Part shown: piece after piece, positions 62,190-64,000 of the stretch
Layout: the number at the start of each line of letters is the position of its first letter
How positions within the stretch are numbered: the stretch's first letter is position 1
Source: Nitrospirota bacterium
GTDB taxonomy: Bacteria > Nitrospirota > UBA9217
Direction: 5' to 3'
Assembly (NCBI GenBank): GCA_963790205.1
Contig: CAWBNQ010000006.1
Span: 1 to 64,000 of the forward strand
Length of the DNA: 64,000 nucleotides
The notes under the pieces: generated by a model
The model's input: only the letters and a program-made list of their open reading frames with translations
The model's database searches: none
Told to the model about the DNA's origin: nothing
Position numbers and translations under genes: made by a program

Positions 62190-63039
62190 ATGGACCAGGC
62201 TCGCATCGTATTTACCCGGTTCGACGGGGACGGCAAGAACATGTTCAACGACATTTATGCCATCGACCGCGGTGGTCAGAATGAGACCCGGCTCACGACG
62301 AACCCTGGCGCGGACGGGGAATACATCGACAATGCGGCGCCCCGGTACAACAGGGACCGGACCATGATCGCCTTCGTGAGCACGAAGAACAATCCCCGGA
62401 AATTGTACAACATCTTCTTCATGGACCTCGCGACCCGGAAAACGGCCCAGATAACCACGGGAGATCTCAATATCACGAGCGTTGACTGGTCGGCCGATGA
62501 CAGCCGTCTCGTCTTTTCCGGCGTTGACGAAAGCGGGCTCCAGCAGGTGCACACGGTCAATCTGGACGGGACGGGATTCACCAAGCTGACGGCAGGGCCG
62601 TCGGAGCACATGAACCCGATGTGGTCGCCCCGAGACGACCTGATCGCCTTCGTCGAGTTCCCGCCGGGCGCCGCTTCTTCCCAGGTCTGGGTCATGGACC
62701 CCGCTGGCAGGGACCGGAGGAAGCTCACGACGGACGACGTGCTGCATTCGAACCCGTCCTGGTCGCCCGGACGGGTCGTGGCTCGTTTACCGCTGCGACC
62801 TGGGCACGCCCCATCTCCGCAGGATCAATGTCGACACCGGGGAGATCGTGCTCTTCGAGCCCCCTGCGCGGGGAGCTGATTCGTCTCCCATCTGGTCCGG
62901 AAAAGAGATCGTCTTTTCCAGCAACTGCGACTGGGAAGAGGCTGAATCGATATTCAATCTCTACCGGATGTCCGAAACGGGAGAGAACATCCAGCGCTTG
63001 ACAACGGGGCAGGCTTTTGAATATTGCGGGGACTGGTAG
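62190..63039 (+). CDS. TolB-like PD40-repeat protein (extra C near 62768)
   Basis: RLT, WSADD, PMWSP, PSWSP(DG), PIWSG repeats across two frames. Confidence 0.8.
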
Positions 63040-63117
63040 GTTAAAGACAGTGCGGAGCGGGGAATGCGGAATGCGAAGTGGGCTCACGCGGAGCCGCGGA
63101 GAGCGCGGAGATAAAGA

Positions 63118-63564
63118 ATGAAAGAAATTGATGACATCACAGGCGAGATTGTTGATACTGCTCTGAAAGTGCATCAAGGGCTGGGGCCGGGCTTGCTGGA
63201 GTCGGTGTATGAGAGCGTGCTTGCCAAGGCTCTCGAAAAGCGCGGACTGAAGGTGGAAAGGCAGAAGCCCGTATCCTTTGTATACGATGATATTCCTTTC
63301 GACGAGGGCTTCCGGGTCGATCTGCTGGTCGACGACCGGGTAGTGGTGGAGTTGAAGTCTGTGGAAAAAATTGCTCCGGTTCACAGCAAGCAACTCCTGA
63401 CATACCTTCATCTCATGAACCTCTCGGTCGGTCTTCTCATTAATTATGGAGCTTCCACACTGAAAGAAGGGCTCCATCGTATCGTGAACGACCTCCCGGC
63501 CTCCGCGGCTCCGCGGCTCCGCGTGAACCAGGGAAGGATTTCTGATGAAAGGATTGGACAATGA
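63118..63564 (+). CDS. GxxExxY protein (PD-(D/E)xK nuclease-like)
   Basis: [22 protein letters not shown]...VVELKS, QLLTYL, GLLINY. Confidence 0.92.
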   Translation: MKEIDDITGEIVDTALKVHQGLGPGLLESVYESVLAKALEKRGLKVERQKPVSFVYDDIPFDEGFRVDLLVDDRVVVELKSVEKIAPVHSKQLLTYLHLMNLSVGLLINYGASTLKEGLHRIVNDLPASAAPRLRVNQGRISDERIGQ

Positions 63565-64000
63565 TGCCGCGGGAACGGATCCTGATACTGTTTCTCGTCA
63601 TACTCTGCGGCCTGCTCGTCGCAACGGCCGTCCATCCCTTTGATCGAAGCACCTGGATCATGGAGGTGGCTCCGGTGCTGATCGTTGTGCCTATTCTTGT
63701 CCTGACCTATCGCCGTCTTTCCCTGACGCCGCTCCTCTACTATCTCATTTTTCTGCACGCGATCGTTCTGATCACGGGCGGAGCGTACACTTACGCGCGC
63801 GTTCCCCTCGGGTTCTGGCTTGAGCGCCTGTTCTCGTTCAGCCGCAACGACTATGACCGGATCGGCCACTTCTTCCAGGGGCTCGTGCCCGCTCTCCTGG
63901 CGCGGGAGGTCCTGCTCCGCCTCGGGTATGTGTCAAACCGCCGCATGGCTTCATTCCTTGCAATCTGCTTTGCCATGGCGGTGAGCGCCTGGTACGAACT
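63561..64000 (+). CDS. DUF2238 (YjdF-like) inner-membrane protein, runs off window
   Basis: PFDRSTWIME, GGAYTYARVPLG, RNDYDRIGHFFQG. Confidence 0.85.
   Translation, partial: MMPRERILILFLVILCGLLVATAVHPFDRSTWIMEVAPVLIVVPILVLTYRRLSLTPLLYYLIFLHAIVLITGGAYTYARVPLGFWLERLFSFSRNDYDRIGHFFQGLVPALLAREVLLRLGYVSNRRMASFLAICFAMAVSAWYE

Overview
This is a moderately GC-rich bacterial window. Its gene content (multiheme cytochromes, sigma54 two-component systems, PilZ proteins, deltaproteobacterial-type porin) resembles Nitrospirota/Desulfobacterota; that assignment is inference only. The first 27 kb is mostly chromosomal core: a heptaheme and a tetraheme cytochrome c flanking a CbrAB/CrbS-like SLC5-kinase locus, glgB, a porin, folD-fchA, trxC and rtcA. 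From 28 to 64 kb is an accessory region of mostly co-oriented single genes, separated by heptamer-periodic hairpin repeats and a GGG(G)WCA-type repeat family. It is heavily hit by ISs (IS1182, with 3 copies in the whole window; IS5; IS3; IS110; IS630) and contains an orphan Rhs toxin/immunity stretch. Main highlights: (1) an IS110-family element whose downstream non-coding region carries guide segments matching both flanks of its own insertion site (bridge/seekRNA-like target loop), plus an apparent empty target and a second end remnant elsewhere in the window; (2) a divergent stand-alone SecY paralog fused to a Zn-ribbon and a DUF2007-like domain and lacking the GIRPG loop; (3) an exported DUF4124-glutaredoxin with an in-frame UGA in a UxxC motif followed by a SECIS-like hairpin; (4) a short repeat family that appears to bound gene cassettes and is targeted by two unrelated IS families. 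Several single-base frameshifts look like sequencing/assembly errors. No rRNA, tRNA or CRISPR array was recognised.
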